The notes: a model not told the origin generated them from the letters alone. A stretch of DNA of 62,939 bases, filler included, from Phoronis australis (GCA_002633005.1; 7 parts of 7 records of this genome joined end to end with filler, not necessarily neighbours in it), one strand, 5' to 3'. Counted from the first letter of the whole stretch, positions 47,920-59,456 are shown. Numbers and translations: made by a program.

Positions 47920-50900
47920 CTTTTGAACAGTGAAAATCACGAAAATAATTCCAACGTCAAAAATGTGAACATAAAATGTCTTTTTGAAGAAAAAAGTGAA
48001 TGAACTGATGAAATATTAAAAGACAAGTAATTATCTCTGTTCTTATGACGTCACAGCGCGCACTCGGTGCCGAAGACCAGAACAAGTAAACCTCCCTGGC
48101 AAACAAAACTATAGACTCGGTNGAAAAAGAGAGGGAGAGAGAGAGAGAGAGAGAGAGACCGAACATAAGAAGGTCCCCTGTACAAGATAAACAAATGGAA
48201 ATGCAAAAATCAGTAGGAATACTTAAGAAAACAGTGAATTAGTGCAGAAACATTGTGAACCGGATAAAAAAAAACGCAATAGTTTTTTAACATTGAAAAG
48301 CACGAATAACGATTCTATAGCCAACGAAAGTAAAACATAAAATGCGTTATTTGAAGAAAAAGTTAAATATTCCGATTCCGCAAGTTTGATGACGAGTGAC
48401 CCGGTCTCATTTGGCCGTTGATATACCCCCGGCCGGACTAGTAAACCTGCCAGGAAACTACAGTGTATTGAGCGGTAAAATTTGTTGATAACCGTTTGGG
48501 GAAACACGTACGTAGAAGATGTGATATTTTTGTAGGTACTGGGTAAATATCAAATGAATTCCTTTTCATATTGCCTCTAGTGCAATTACCTCGTTTCGAG
48601 GCTCCTGGTAAACTACCTCCGAGATAGATGACGTCACAGCGCACTCGGTCCGGACGCCGGTTGACACTGAGACCGGACCAAGTAAACCTGCAAAGAAAAC
48701 CACACTGTGTTGAGCCGCAAAAAATGGTTGTTAACTTTCTAGAGACACGTAGAAGAGGCTACCGTTGTCTGAGTTCATTGGTAAATCGTGAAGGTGGCGC
48801 AATGACTCGTGGTTTCAAGCCAAGTGAACGATACAACTGAGAAATTGTAATTGTTTTTGAACCGTGACTGAAGAGCACAAAAAGCGACTGTAGACGTCAA
48901 AAATGTGAACAGGAAAAGCGATGTTTGAGGAAAACTTGAAAGAACTTATTACATATTTTGATTTCGCGAGTTTTATCACGTCTGAGCGCACTTGGTCCGG
49001 CCGTTTGCCAGACCAGACCAAGTAAACCTGCAAGCAAAAGTAAAGTGTATTGGGTAGTGAAAATTGGTTGAAAACTTTCTAGAGACATGTAGAAGAGTTA
49101 AACGTTTTGTTCGCGAAGCTGGGTACATTTCAAATGAAATTAATTACTTTTCATTGGTGTCAAGTAGTCTATATCGTCCGAACCTCTTGCATATTAGCCA
49201 GCCTGCGAGTACTGATGACGTCACAGCCCACTCGGTCCGGCCTGGGACGAGGCCAGACCAAGTAAACCTACAAGCAAAACTAAAGTGTATTGAGATTTAA
49301 AAATTTGTTGTTCACTTTCTAGAGACACGTATAAGAGGTAATCGTTTCTTTCGGATCTGCTGGGTAAATGTCAAATGAAACTGAATACTTTTCCTTGGCG
49401 TCCGGACTTCCTGGTAGCCAACCCGGGAGTTTGATGACGTCACAGCCCACTCGGTCCGGCCGTTGAAGAGACCGGACCAAGTAAACCTGCAAGGAATACT
49501 GAAGTGTATTGAGTCGCAGACTACTTTTGATAACTTTCTAGAGATGCGTAGAAGGGGTAATGGCTTTGTTGAAGCTGCTGGGTAAGTGTCAAATGAAATT
49601 GAATACTTTCCATTTGCTTCAAGTAGGCGTCCGGTCCTCTTGCATGTCAACCTGCGAGTTTGATGATGTCATAGCGCACTCGGTGCGGCCGTTGACAGAC
49701 CGGACCAAGTAAACCTGCAAGCAAAACTGCAGTGTATTAAGCCGTAAAAATTGGCTGATAACTTTGTAGAGGCACGTGGAAGAGTTAAAACTTTTGCTGG
49801 AGATACTGGGTACACGTCAAATGAAATCAATTTCTTTTCATTGGCGTTAGGTATTGTCTCGACAATAAATTAGGGAGTAGGCGCGACTTCTCAATGGTGT
49901 CAAGTGACACAAAAATCGCAATAGTTTTTGAACAGTGAATAGCACAAGAAACGATTCTAGATATCGAAAATTTAAAGAAAAGCGTTCTTTGGACAAAAAG
50001 CGAAATGTCTTCTGATTCTGCTAGTTTGAGCACGTCACAGCACACTTGGTCCGGCCATTGACCGACAGGACCAAGTAAACCTGCAAGCAAAACTACAGTG
50101 TATTAAGCCGTAAAAGTTGGTTGATAACTTTGTAGAGGCACGTGGAAGAGTTAAAACTTTTGCTGGAGATACTGCGTACATGTCAAATGAAATAAATTTC
50201 TTTTCAATGGCGTCAAGTATATCGCCAGGACTTCCTGATCGCCAACTCGGGTGATTGATGACGTCACAGCGCACTCGGTCCGACCTGTGACGAGATCGGA
50301 CCAAGTAAACCTGCAAGGAATACTAAAGTGTATTGAGTCGCAGAAAACTTTTGACAACTTTCTAAAGACACGTTGAAGGGGGTAATGGCTATGTTGGTGC
50401 TGCTGGGTACATATCAAACGAAATAAATTACTTTTCATTGGCGTTAAGTGTGCTGTCTGGACATTATAAGTAGCCAGGCCAAGTAAAATTTAGTTAAAAA
50501 ATGATACAAGAAATTGAAACTGTTTTTGAACCGTGAAAAGCACGAAAAACAATTTTAGCCTTCTAAAATTTGAACAGAGAATGCGGTTCTTGAAAAAAAG
50601 CCAAAGAACTTACGAAATATTCTAATTCCTGCTAGTTTGAGCACGTCACAGCACACTTGGTCCGGCCATTGACCGACCGGACCAAGTAAACCTGCAAGCA
50701 AAACTACAGTGTATTAAGCCGTAAAAGTTGGTTGATAACTTTGTAGAGGCACGTGGAAGAGTTAAAGCTTTTGCTGGAGATACTGCGTACATGTCAAATG
50801 AAATAAATTTCTTTTCAATGGCGTCAAGTATATCGCCCGGACTTCCTGATCGCCAACTCGGGTGATTGATGACGTCACAGCGCACTCGGTCCGACCTGTG

Positions 50901-51450
50901 ACGAGATCGGACCAAGTGAACCTGCAAGGAATACTAAAGTGTATTGAGTCGCAGAAAACCTTTTTTAACTTTTTAAAGACACGTTGAAGGGGTAATGGCT
51001 ATGTCGGTGCTGCTGGGTACATATCAAACGAAATAAATTACTTTTCATTGGCGTTAAGTGTGCTGTCTGGACATTATAAGTAGCCAGGCCAAGTAAAATT
51101 TAGTTAAAAAATGATACAAGAAATTGAAACTGTTATTGAACCGTGAAAAGCACGAAAAACAATTTTAGCCTTGTAAAATTTGAACAGGGAATGCGGTTCT
51201 TGAAGAAAAGCCAAAGACCTTACGAAATATTCCAATTCCTGCGTGTTTGATGACGTCACAGCGCACTCGGTCCGGCAGATTGACAGAAAGACAGACCGGA
51301 CCAAGTAAACCTGTAAGCAAAATTACAGTGTAGTAAACGGTAAAATCTGGTTGATAACGTTCCAGAGATACGTAGAAGAGTTCACGGTTTTTTTGTAGCT
51401 GCTGGGTACACGTCAGGCGTCATAGGCGTTAAGTATTGTCTCGACCTCCT
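47920..51450 (+). repeat. Right array of hairpin/CRE-containing satellite-like repeat with a ~611-bp higher-order unit
   Basis: At least 11 copies of the core GATGACGTCACAGCGCACTCGGTCCGG-N11-19-CCGGACCAAGTAAACCTGCAAG, mostly spaced about 220-240 or 350-380 bp. 50020-50630 and 50631-51241 are near-identical. Confidence 0.9.
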
Positions 51451-51729
51451 CAAGTCAGGTATAGCCACTCCAGCCTTAGTAAAACTTAGAAAGAAGCTTT
51501 ATTTTTTGAGACGCTAATAGCTTCGGATTGTATTCTATGGACTCAGCAGAAAGTTGTCAACAATCAGTAATTNNNNNNNNNNNNNNNNNNNNNNNNNNNN
51601 NNNNNNNNNNNNNNNNTTAATTAATTAANNNNNNNNNNNNNNNNNNNNNNNNNNNNNNNNNNNNNNNNNNNNATAGCCTGCATTTGATTTGGTATTGCTG
51701 TGTTGTGAGATGGAAATTTGCATTTTGTA

Positions 51730-51803
51730 GTGACATGTGATGTATACTTGGTGACTGACACTGATGATTATCTTTCACCATTCTAAGGAACCTCTGATGT
51801 CAC
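51730..51803 (+). ncRNA. SNORD42: C/D box snoRNA, SNORD42-like (18S Um116 equivalent)
   Basis: Terminal stem GTGACAT/ATGTCAC, C box GTGATGT, D' CTGA, C' CTGATGA, D CTGA. The D-guide TCTAAGGAACC is complementary to 18S GGUUCCUUAGA, in the same register as vertebrate U42 (CAAAGGAACC-N-CTGA). Confidence 0.8.
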
Positions 51804-52224
51804 GTGGAAATTCTACTTCCAAGATGCTGTTGACTTGGATATTGTTAACCCATTATGTCTCTTGCAGGTGAAACAGTGCCCCAATTACGGAGGTAACTTC
51901 TAATAGCCCAGTGGCCATGGTTGATAGTCTAGTGGTGAGTAAACGCTTATCGTGGCATGATTAACGGGTTTTATCATGAAGCTCTTTGGGCTAGTGGAAA
52001 GGGTGTGCCTTGTTTTCATCTTTCAATCTCCGATCTCATTATTGAAGTGTATTGTTGTCACTAAAACTGGATTGGCTAGCACAGTACCTATATGCTCACT
52101 TGCAGTGAAAATAGATAATTACATTTCATGTGAGAGTTATATTAGATTCATTTAGAGTATGGCTCTATCCTCGTGTGATACAGTTTCTGCGTTCACTTTG
52201 CGTGCTGATATTCCCTCGTTAACA

Positions 52225-52276
52225 ATATCATGTTACCCAATATCGTGTTGCCCAATATCACGTTACCCAATATCAC
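52225..52276. repeat. 15-bp tandem repeat
   Basis: (GTTACCCAATATCAC) x3-4. Confidence 0.8.
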
Positions 52277-52619
52277 GTTACCCAATATCACGTTAACATT
52301 TCATGGTCATGGTTTACCTTCCCATTTGTGAGGCTCTGCTTTCCATCAAAATGTACAACCTCTCCATCAGTCTGAGCTTCCAATAGGGTGATAAAACCTC
52401 GCTCTTCATGCTGTCTCAATTTAAAACTAAGGAGATGTGAACTGAAACCATATTGGGGTTATAGCCCTACTTAAAGAATTAAGGTTTAAAGCCACATATC
52501 ATCTCCTTAGTTTTGATTTTTTTTATTTTTTTTTTTTTTGAGGCAAGAAATACTGATCTTAATTCGTGAGTTGCTGGTCTTTTATTTATGACCTAACTAA
52601 CCAAGTTATAAATTTTTAA

Positions 52620-52697
52620 GTGATGTCATGATGAACACTGATAGGGACAAATGATTGTTCACTGATTATATCAAACAACTGCTGTTCTGAACATCAC
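52620..52697 (+). ncRNA. SNORD74: C/D box snoRNA, SNORD74-like, copy 1
   Basis: Stem GTGATGT/ACATCAC, C box ATGATGA, D box CTGA. The D'-guide GATAGGGACA-N-ATGA is complementary to 28S UGUCCCUAUC, in the same register as U74 (GGTAGGGACA-N-CTGA). Confidence 0.8.
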
Positions 52698-53072
52698 TGA
52701 ATACACTGGGCTACCTTCTGTAGAGCAAGGTTCTTGCAAGGAAGGTGACGTTAGGTATGCTTTAAAAAATGTTGGTATTCATGACCTGTGAAGCATATGG
52801 TCGTGTAGTGTCAGGAGTTCTGTATTAATGGCATGCACCCCTGATCCATGCTGAAATGAACACTGTGTGATCCATTCTACTGTTGCTTAGAGCCGGTCTG
52901 CTGCGTTGTTCAATTTTACTTGTGAATTTGTTTCAGTGAGCTGTGGGTTAACGTGCGGAAAGCCAACAGAAACTGAGATATGCTTACCGGTAAGTCCGTT
53001 TTGCTTCTTGATTATTAGAAGCTTTGTGTGAACACTCGTTTGTCTCGTTAATTTTCAGTTAGACATTTTATC

Positions 53073-53148
53073 CAGTGTTATGATGAACACAGATAGGGAC
53101 AAATGAATGTCCAGTGATTATACTAAACAACTACTGTTCTGAACATTG
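53073..53148 (+). ncRNA. SNORD74: C/D box snoRNA, SNORD74-like, copy 2
   Basis: Paralog of 52620-52697 in a later intron: stem CAGTGTT/AACATTG, C box ATGATGA, guide AGATAGGGACA, D box CTGA. The flanks are not conserved between the copies. Confidence 0.8.
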
Positions 53149-53591
53149 ATAAAATGTATCAATATCAACTGTTTCTTTGAAGTCCTTAGTGTCGCTTGGG
53201 AAAATAACGCGTTTAAATGACCCATTTACAACCATAATGTTTTGTAGTCGTGTTCGTTATTTGTTGGAACCAAAACAACTTGAATACTGGCGTGCGGTGC
53301 ATAGATGCTTAAACCCCACAAAAATTGAGACTCAGTCATGTATTACAAGCAAAGCAGGCACTTGCACACTCTTCGTTCACTAGATTGTTGCGTCTACATG
53401 ATTTAACCTTCTTGTTTTAGCCTGGATTTCGAGCTATTCATAATGAGCAAGGTTGACCGTGCGAGCCTCTTTTTGGGTGAGTTCTCTATTTCTCTAAGTC
53501 CTACATACTCGAGAGTACAAGCTGTGGTGTTTGTATTCTCTGCTGCCTGTGTTGTAATTGTGTTATGTGGACTTAAGCAGTGACATCTGCA

Positions 53592-53664
53592 GGCAAGTAT
53601 GATGAAATTGTGAGCATTGGGCTATGATATAAACTGATTCTAGCTGCCACACTGATAACTTGCC
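53592..53664 (+). ncRNA. SNORD88: C/D box snoRNA, SNORD88-like
   Basis: Stem GGCAAGT/ACTTGCC, C box ATGATGA, D box CTGA. The D'-guide GAGCATTGGGC-T-ATGA pairs with 28S GCCCAGUGCUC (one G-U), as in SNORD88 (AGCACTGGGC-T-D'). Confidence 0.72.
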
Positions 53665-55730
53665 GGTCTTATGCTAATGTTTTTGTAGTCTCCCATGCTG
53701 AGTCACATATGCCTAATGCACATAGTGCATCTTGCAAGACTGCTCCAGCAAGCTACTAGATTTTGTAACAGAAAGTTCAAGATCGGATATAAGTGTTGAC
53801 ATACAACCATTTATTAAAAAATACTGAGGTTTCAAGATTTCCGACTGGCTTATCCATGGGAGTTCCCTTTAGTCAAAAGTCACTTGACCGCTGCACAAGG
53901 ATCTGGCAATTTACTTTACGCATCGCTATTTTTTGTTTCAGGGTGAGGCAAGCCTGGGTATGCAGTATTTGGACAGGAACAATGGATATTCAAGTTATAA
54001 CCTGCGGGCACTTCGAGTGAAATTACTTATATTTATGTATCCGTGCAAATGGAATAAAGCATTTCCTTGTGGGTATTTAATTTGTGTTTTGAAATTAGAC
54101 AGGGCTTGGAGTTTTCCTCTTTTAATTGCATTTCCCCTATTTCGGTTTTGATCTCTCTTAATATTTTATTTGATTTCTTATTTCCTCTTTTGTTTCTTTG
54201 ATTATTATTTTGACTTAATTTCATGGAAAAATGTTTTATTTCACTGACAATAAGCATTTCTGAAAGCTCCTCTAGAAAACGAAACGTCAGCTAGAAAATT
54301 TCTTCTGTTTTGTCATTGGTAATTCCAAGCCATAAAGAATTCACTTCTGAAACGAATCCTGGCAATTTAAGTTGCATTTCCTTTTATTTCTTCATAGCTT
54401 CAGGACTTGATTTCAGANNNNNNNNNNNNNNNNNNNNNNNNNNNNNNNNNNNNNNNNNNNNTTAATTAATTAANNNNNNNNNNNNNNNNNNNNNNNNNNN
54501 NNNNNNNNNNNNNNNNNTGTGTAGTTGAAGTGACGTTAATGACATCGTATTGACTACGTTTTGAGAAAATCACAATATAGAATGTGTATTATAATTGTCT
54601 AAATCTTTTTCAATGTCACATTAAACTGGAGATCATGAACTAATGATGCAGGTGAAGTTAGGACCAAGACTACAAAATAGAAGAGTCAAACACAACGTAC
54701 ATTCAAGCCAAATGGGTGCCACAAGTCAATCTGTTCATCTCTGTATCGATGTTATCAGTAAACAAGTAAAATCCCACCCACATCAGTTTACACAAATTCT
54801 GGCCAGTTTTTAGATTCCAGGCGTTTATGAGTGGGAATCTATGAACCATCTCGTGAAGTGTTGCTGCACTCCCCTCTCTCCGCATGGGCAAGCTCATCAT
54901 CATTCTTTGACTTCACTGCTATTTGTTTTTTTCCTTTTGCTGTCACAACTTTACAGGAAAATTCTACACTCGCTTTCATCTCCGTGCTGCAACAATTTGT
55001 TTACCTCTGGCTGACACGCTACATGAAACAACTCCTGGGTGAGTCTTCAATTTAGTAACCCTTGTTCTCAGTGGTTTCATCTCAAAGTAGATGCCTGTAC
55101 TTTTCTAAACCCTGGTAGGGTGTACCTTTACGTCGTGGGTAACACGTTCGTTGAAGCTCGCCTCACAGTAACAGTGAACTTGTTTCCTGAAATGAAAATA
55201 AATTCGTTTGTGAAACTAAAATTATGCTTGATGTACATGTAGTGCTCATGGCAATTCAATGAAATATGCTATGTTGTTGTTCAGTTTTGATACGAAAGTA
55301 ACACAGCAATGACACAAAATGTGATTAATTCATTGCACCACACTTATTTTGTAACCTTTCTCACGTTTTATAAGTAAAAAGTTCATTACAGTTTGACACA
55401 CCACGATGCGTTCCCGATCGCATAAACAAACACAAATTTGCGTTCTCGATCGCATCTTTCAGCAGAAAAGCGTCGAAAAATCAGAGATCCTGAAAAAACT
55501 ACAAAAAAACAAGCATTGCATTATATTTTCACACGTCATTTCTTCATAACTCCATGGTCAATTTATTGATTTAGTGCCAAAAATAACGGCAATTTGCCAA
55601 AATGACACACAAATGCCTCGATCAATGTAACTTTTCTCCTATAATTGGAAGAGACAGCCTAAACCTCTACCTGCCCTTCCTCAATGTCTCTGTTTTCACA
55701 TTGAAAGTAAAAACCAAAATTCATCAAATT

Positions 55731-55810
55731 TACTCACCTTGCCTGGCTTCGCTTCCCGCGCCAAATTTCGTTCTCGATCGCCTTCCGGTCGTTCTCGATC
55801 GCGGGTTGGC
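55731..55810 (-). promoter_or_regulatory. Candidate E2F-regulated promoter/first exon of an unidentified minus-strand gene
   Basis: Overlapping E2F sites TTTGGCGCGGGAA (55753-55765, minus), repeated GTTCTCGATCGC motifs, and a consensus donor AAG|GTGAGT at 55737. Further exon-like blocks at 55126-55186 and about 55005-55104. Confidence 0.45.
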
Positions 55811-56991
55811 CGGGGTGAAACATAACCACACTCAACCGATCTCGGTCTGTTGCCGAGCGTTTGAGCCCTCAAGGGTTGGCTGGGCGTTTTTAATTTTGTA
55901 CTGCGCGTGAAGGCTAGGAATTGCATTCATTTTGCTCAATCTTTAGCCTGTTATGGTTGAGAAATCGGTAGCATTTCTTACTCAGTCGTGACTTAGCTCT
56001 AAAGAGCGGTTAGTCTTTGCAAATTTGACATGTTTGAGTTTCCCACAGTGTGCTTGGTTTTATTTTCGTTCAAAAGGGTGATTGAACGAGGAATATGTTG
56101 TATTTTTCACAAAATGTTGTTTTTAAGCCTTTCCTGAGGCTCTCCGTATTATCTTTGTTATTCCGTCAAGCGGTGATTGACATTAACAAGGGCAATATCC
56201 TCAGTCACGCCAATCATTAAATTTGCTTCAGTGGCCCGTTGTTTTGTTTTTGCCACTTGGTAACGTACATTCTGTTTCAGTTTGCGGTTGTTTTAAGTCA
56301 CATTCTATTCCAGCTTCCTTCAGCCAGGCCTTAAGACGATCCATGGCAACAGCTTGCATTGACAACTGGAATTCCTAACCGACTAAAATAAGATAAACCC
56401 CTCAACTAATGCGTACGACTGCGTCTGATTTGCCAGTGCCCGTAACATAATTTCAACTTCCTCGCAATCGTGAACTTAGCTTACACAGGATTTCACTTAC
56501 AGCGAAAAACTTATACACAATTTCAGGGATGCTACATCATTTTGCTGCTGTGGAAACTTCCTGACATGTGCTTGGACTACACAGTAAACGGAGAGCACTG
56601 CTTCTTACTAACACACGAACAATGCCCCGATATTAACAGCGCTTACTCTGAATGTTCTTGGTAAACATTAACTTTTTGCTTAATGGGTATAGAAAATATG
56701 ATTCCATTAACTCTATTCGAAAACGCTGCTAAATTTCTATTTCGTATCGGGATCATTTGTTGCTTAAACTGACACAGCTTAGTTTTTAATTGATAAAATG
56801 CCTTCTTTGTAGGCCTACTCCATACTTGTACTACTTGTAATTGTTCTTGGTCATTGTCGGCATGCTATTGAAGCGAAGTACCACAACATAATAGAATTCT
56901 GTTTCCGTTGCGAACTCAAGTCCTGAACAATGCGTGTGCGCTATTGTTGAATTTGCAATTTTAGGATTGACCAACCCTACGAATGAAACAC

Positions 56992-57147
56992 CAGTGCTGT
57001 AGTGGGGCGTAGGCGCACGTAGGCGTAGCCAGCCACCTTTTGGCATTTGAACGTAGCACCTACGCACCGTAAGTTACGTTCAGTGCTCAAGGTGATACGG
57101 TAGGCTTTGGGCGCCTACTTACCTCTACGTTTACCACTACAGCACTG
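56992..57147. mobile_element. hAT-like MITE, complete
   Basis: 14-bp perfect TIRs CAGTGCTGTAGTGG/CCACTACAGCACTG and an 8-bp TSD tgaaacac/agaaacac (one mismatch). Confidence 0.8.
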
Positions 57148-59456
57148 AGAAACACCGAACCTCATGGTTTTCTTGAGTTGCGGTGGTTACCGGTACGATG
57201 TTCTTGGGTAGGTTGGTGCTCAAGGGAAGCAGTTGCATTTTTCAACTGAAAAGATCATCACACACGTCACAAACCGTAGACATGTGCGTGCTGAATATTG
57301 CTGTGTTCTCGTTCTTCCTGAGAAAGAAGCAGCAATACATATCTTGTGCCGTTATGCTGGCGGTGCAACAGTTGCAGAATTCTGTCAAAGACGAAAACGA
57401 CGCTCTAGAACATATATTGCGACCTCTACCGAGAGAATTGCGTAGCATAATCTATGTGACACCACCCTCCTTCGGGAAAAGATAGTGATGCAAATAACGA
57501 ATGAGTGTAAGCACGCGATGAAGTAGCGAAACCCCAATTAAGAACAAACAAAGACCATTTTTATGTAAATGGGTATGGTAATATTTCGTCGTTACCCTAA
57601 TGAAGCAAGCCACAGTTTTTATTACTTAATTGTTCATTTCACTATTAAATAACGATTGTATAATATTTGGAATTACTATTGTTCACCGGCACTTGTGTCT
57701 ATGTGTATAAGTTGTAGTGCTTTCTTTAAAACCGCAATTTATTTACATATTGTTTCTATTCCTGATTGTACTTGTACACACAGTTCTCCAAGAAGTCACT
57801 TGGTGGCGCTGGCTACACATTTGAATATTCACTGTTTTTAAGCTCGAGACATTTTTAAGTGCTAACATAAAATAATTAAAAATTTTCATACTAACGACAC
57901 GGTAATCAACTGGGACCGTGTGGTCATTTCAGAGATAACAGATGTCTGGTCAGCGATATCAACTTTCGAAAGAACATCCCAGGCGCTTTATTGGAAATCC
58001 CCGGCAACATACATGTAATTGGCTTGGTCTGAGCCCTAATCATTTTAAACCTTGCGCCTCGCCGTTTAAAGAAAAAAAATGAATTAAGACCCATTTCAAC
58101 TGCTCTCAAGCGACGCCGGGGAAAAAAGGGATCAATCTAGCTGGAAGTGGGTGTCAAGTGAAAAAAAAAGAAAAACACAATTCTGAGCATCAATTATTGC
58201 TTCGAAGAATGATCCTGGCCCGTTTCGGTTGAAATCTGGTGTCTTTTGAATGGCTAGCTCACACTAGCCCATATCCCCCTCAATTTTCCAAAACCAAACT
58301 TGAGATTCAACGATAGGCCTTCTATTTTTGACCCTGCAACCGCTTTATCAATGCCACTGTAGTGACGCGACGACTCCACGCCTTTAGCTCTTCTGATCAA
58401 TTACAGTCAAATTTGCGCTTTTGACGTTTATCTAAGACTCGATTCTTAAACACTAGCTTCCGCTCTGTCCCACTCTGGCAGCATTAATTCTCTCGCTGGT
58501 CCCCTGCGTGCCGCTAAGTCGTCGGTAGCCAGCACGCTGGCTCAGGCTAGGCACGTAGGGAACCAGCGAGCAAGAATTCTAAGTAAGCAATTCTATTGCG
58601 TGTGGTCGTGCTGTATGCCGTTATAGCCGTTTTTGCGTTCTTTGTTGCCAACCGCTGCTCCAATCAGACCCCCAAAACTGCATAATTACCACCTTGAAAA
58701 AATGCAAATAATTTTTTCATTCAACTACTGGATCAAAACATACTTTACCCGCGGAAATTGAACTAGCAAGCACAAATGGACATAATAGATCAAACTGGAC
58801 AAAATGCCATTATGCCCATTTCAGCACAAGTGAGCCAATCGGAATTGATAGCTGTTCTTGTCTTCTTAACATGAAATGTGAATTACTTTCATCACTAAGC
58901 TATCGGGATCGAAAGAGTCTTCGAATGAAAATTGATTTAATGCGGACCTAAAAAGCAAAAATGGACTGTAGACAGAAAGGGTCAAGATCCTTACCCATTA
59001 TGTCCATTTCTGCATAACTAAATAATTTGAAATTGATGGCCGTTTGAAATGGACATAATGAGTTATAACATATGTGCTTGTCTGAAACTAGTTTTCGACT
59101 TTCAAAAGATTCCCACAGTGTATCTCAAAAGATTCCAGACATTGTTGTGCAATGTGCGCTTAGTTGTACTTGCGTGGCAAAGATTATTTTTTTTAATTTT
59201 CGTTTACTGGTGCTCTTCTGAGGACGACTTTGCGTTACACGTCGCTCGTACGACGGTCTTAATTCGTGGACGGTCGTGGTCCCTCAGACACGTGACGGAT
59301 ACTAGACCAGTACGTGATTTTGTTGCAAGTCCATCAACTTTCAACGTCATTTCTTTNNNNNNNNNNNNNNNNNNNNNNNNNNNNNNNNNNNNNNNNNNNN
59401 TTAATTAATTAANNNNNNNNNNNNNNNNNNNNNNNNNNNNNNNNNNNNNNNNNNNN

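Larger units (their letters stand above)
51673..54075 (+). ncRNA. Non-coding snoRNA host gene (SNHG/GAS5/UHG-like), 5' end lost at the linker
   Basis: Very short GT-AG exons without a credible ORF (51868-51892, 52543-52565, 52937-52989, 53421-53476, terminal exon from 53942, AATAAA at 54053) separate introns that hold C/D snoRNAs. Confidence 0.7.

Noticed and set aside
48223-51304. Recurrent 60-110-aa ORFs in the arrays (e.g. CRFTWSG..RTECAVTSS)
   Set aside because: Translations of the tandem repeat in several frames and strands, with no consistent frame preservation.
47920-51450. CRISPR-like or hammerhead-retrozyme interpretation of the repeat array
   Set aside because: Eukaryotic context, no cas genes, and the inter-core sequences are homologous rather than unique spacers. 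TGATGA is present, but the CUGAUGA-stem II-GAAA hammerhead core is not correctly formed (11-nt offset, GTAAAC instead of GAAAC).
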